From Chiloscyllium plagiosum (lineage: Eukaryota), in contig NW_025214165.1 of the NCBI RefSeq assembly GCF_004010195.1, positions 1 to 34,972 on the forward strand: a stretch of DNA of 34,972 nt, read 5' to 3'. Under the pieces are notes generated by a model, which saw nothing but the letters and a program-made list of their open reading frames with translations, did not search any database and was not told the DNA's origin. The position numbers and the translations under genes are program-made. Positions 34,059 through 34,972 of the stretch are shown here, piece by piece; position 1 is the first letter of the stretch, and the number at the start of each line of letters is the position of its first letter.

Positions 34059-34445
34059 AGCAGAAATTGTCACAAGGTCTGATAGCTTGACCCCACACAA
34101 TATGAGCTCCCTGATCGAGTTTGTTAACCGGGTCCAATCAGGGAGCCCTGGCTGACACATGAAAGGGGTGAGTGGCCACGGCCATACTTGTCTGAAAATG
34201 CCCGATCTTGGAAGCTAAGCAGTCTCCGGCCTGGTTAGTACTAGATCGGAAGACTGCCTGGGAATACCAGGTGTAATAGGCTTTCTTCTTTCTGTTTATT
34301 TCCAAAGGGAAAAAAAGGGTGAGTTTCAGAGATAGTGGCACTCTGAAGTTAACTCGGAAGGAGGCAGAACGAAAGGCAAGGACTGTTCATGTGGAAATAA
34401 AGGGAGACTTGGTGACATGATATCAGTCTCTGTGGAGTTAATTCA
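34059..34445 (+). mobile_element. Solo LTR of the same Gypsy family, split by the 5S insertion
   Basis: Left part GTCCAATCAGGGAGCCCTGGCTGACA and right part AAATAAAGGG...CTCTGTGGAGTTAATTCA match the two halves of the reverse complement of 30666-30901. Confidence 0.85.
34174..34283 (+). pseudogene. 5S rRNA pseudogene (retrocopy), 110 nt, with a 10-nt internal deletion
   Basis: ACGGCCATAC...GCCCGATCT...GGAAGCTAAGCAG...GGCCTGGTTAGTACT...GCCTGGGAATACCAGGTG...TAGGCTT; one of the two GATCT repeats is missing; box C region mutated. Confidence 0.93.
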
Positions 34446-34599
34446 TAAACCAGCTTAACGCAAAGTATATGCCTCATCTATAGAGACGTTACATTGTTGC
34501 ATCCTCCATCACTGACCTTAAGACAGGCCCGAGATAAAACTTAAGCGAAGGAGGATTGGTAGCAGCAAACTTCCTCAAACAATCCTCTCTCATTACAGA

Positions 34600-34680
34600 G
34601 ACTCCAACAGTGCAGCACTCCCTCAGTACTGACTCTCCGACAGTGCAGCACTCCCTCAGTACTGACCCTCTGATAGTGCA
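34600..34680 (-). repeat. ~2.5 copies of a 33-bp repeat derived from the Deu-type SINE
   Basis: ACAGTGCAGCACTCCCTCAGTACTGAC twice plus a partial unit; reverse complement of motif at ~4838-4860. Confidence 0.75.
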
Positions 34681-34972
34681 GGAGAAAGTGAGGTCTGCAG
34701 ATGCTGGAGATCAAAGTTGAAACTTTATTGCTGGAACAGCACAGCAGGTCAGGCAGCATCCAGGGAACAGGAGATTCGACGTTTCGGGCACAGGCCCTTC
34801 TTCAGGAATGAGCAGAGAGTGTTCAGCAGGAGAAGATAAAAGGTAGGGAGGAGGGACTTGGAGGAGGGGAGTTGGAAATGTGATAGGTGGAAAGAGGTCA
34901 AGGTGAGGGTGATAGGTCGGAGTAGGACGGAGGCGGAGAGGTCAAGAAGAAGACTGCAGAAGACTGCAAGAA
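34678..34972 (-). mobile_element. Young PLE 3' terminal repeat, runs off the window
   Basis: Homologous to 6865-7100 with CpGs retained. Confidence 0.85.
34774..34809 (-). ncRNA. Minimal type I hammerhead ribozyme motif, apparently intact
   Basis: Minus strand ATTC-CTGAAGA-A-GGGC-CTGT-GCCC-GAAAC-GTC-GAAT: 4-bp helix I, 4-bp helix II, palindromic ACGT helix III, GUC cleavage triplet. Confidence 0.75.

Noticed and set aside
34174..34283. Functional 5S rRNA gene or array
   Set aside because: Single copy, 10-nt deletion, mutated box C, TSD-flanked inside an LTR.

Overview
Eukaryotic, repeat-saturated vertebrate DNA, most likely a cartilaginous fish (HE1/V-SINEs, Deu-domain SINE remnants, CR1-type LINEs with microsatellite tails, an elasmobranch-like 5S sequence; species assignment is inference). 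No intact host protein-coding gene is recognisable; nearly all ORFs in the track are fragments of decayed, nested retroelements. Bases 1-24100 are mostly stacked CR1 LINE fragments (RT, APE endonuclease, ORF1 esterase), SINEs and Penelope-like (PLE) fragments. Bases 24100-27300 are mostly unique or intron-like with weak splice signals. A ~55-copy 33-bp minisatellite lies at 27292-29100, a decayed Gypsy LTR retrotransposon at 30666-33143, and a solo LTR of the same family at ~34059-34445. Most notable: (1) a 5S rRNA retrocopy with A-tail and ~12-bp target-site duplication inserted at the TATA position of that solo LTR; (2) about ten minimal hammerhead-ribozyme motifs in PLE termini, one apparently intact, several in short palindromic elements; (3) a complex rearranged CR1 whose deleted RT segment reappears inverted, triplicated and fused in frame to a PLE GIY-YIG tail. 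Coordinates of decayed elements are approximate, read by eye.
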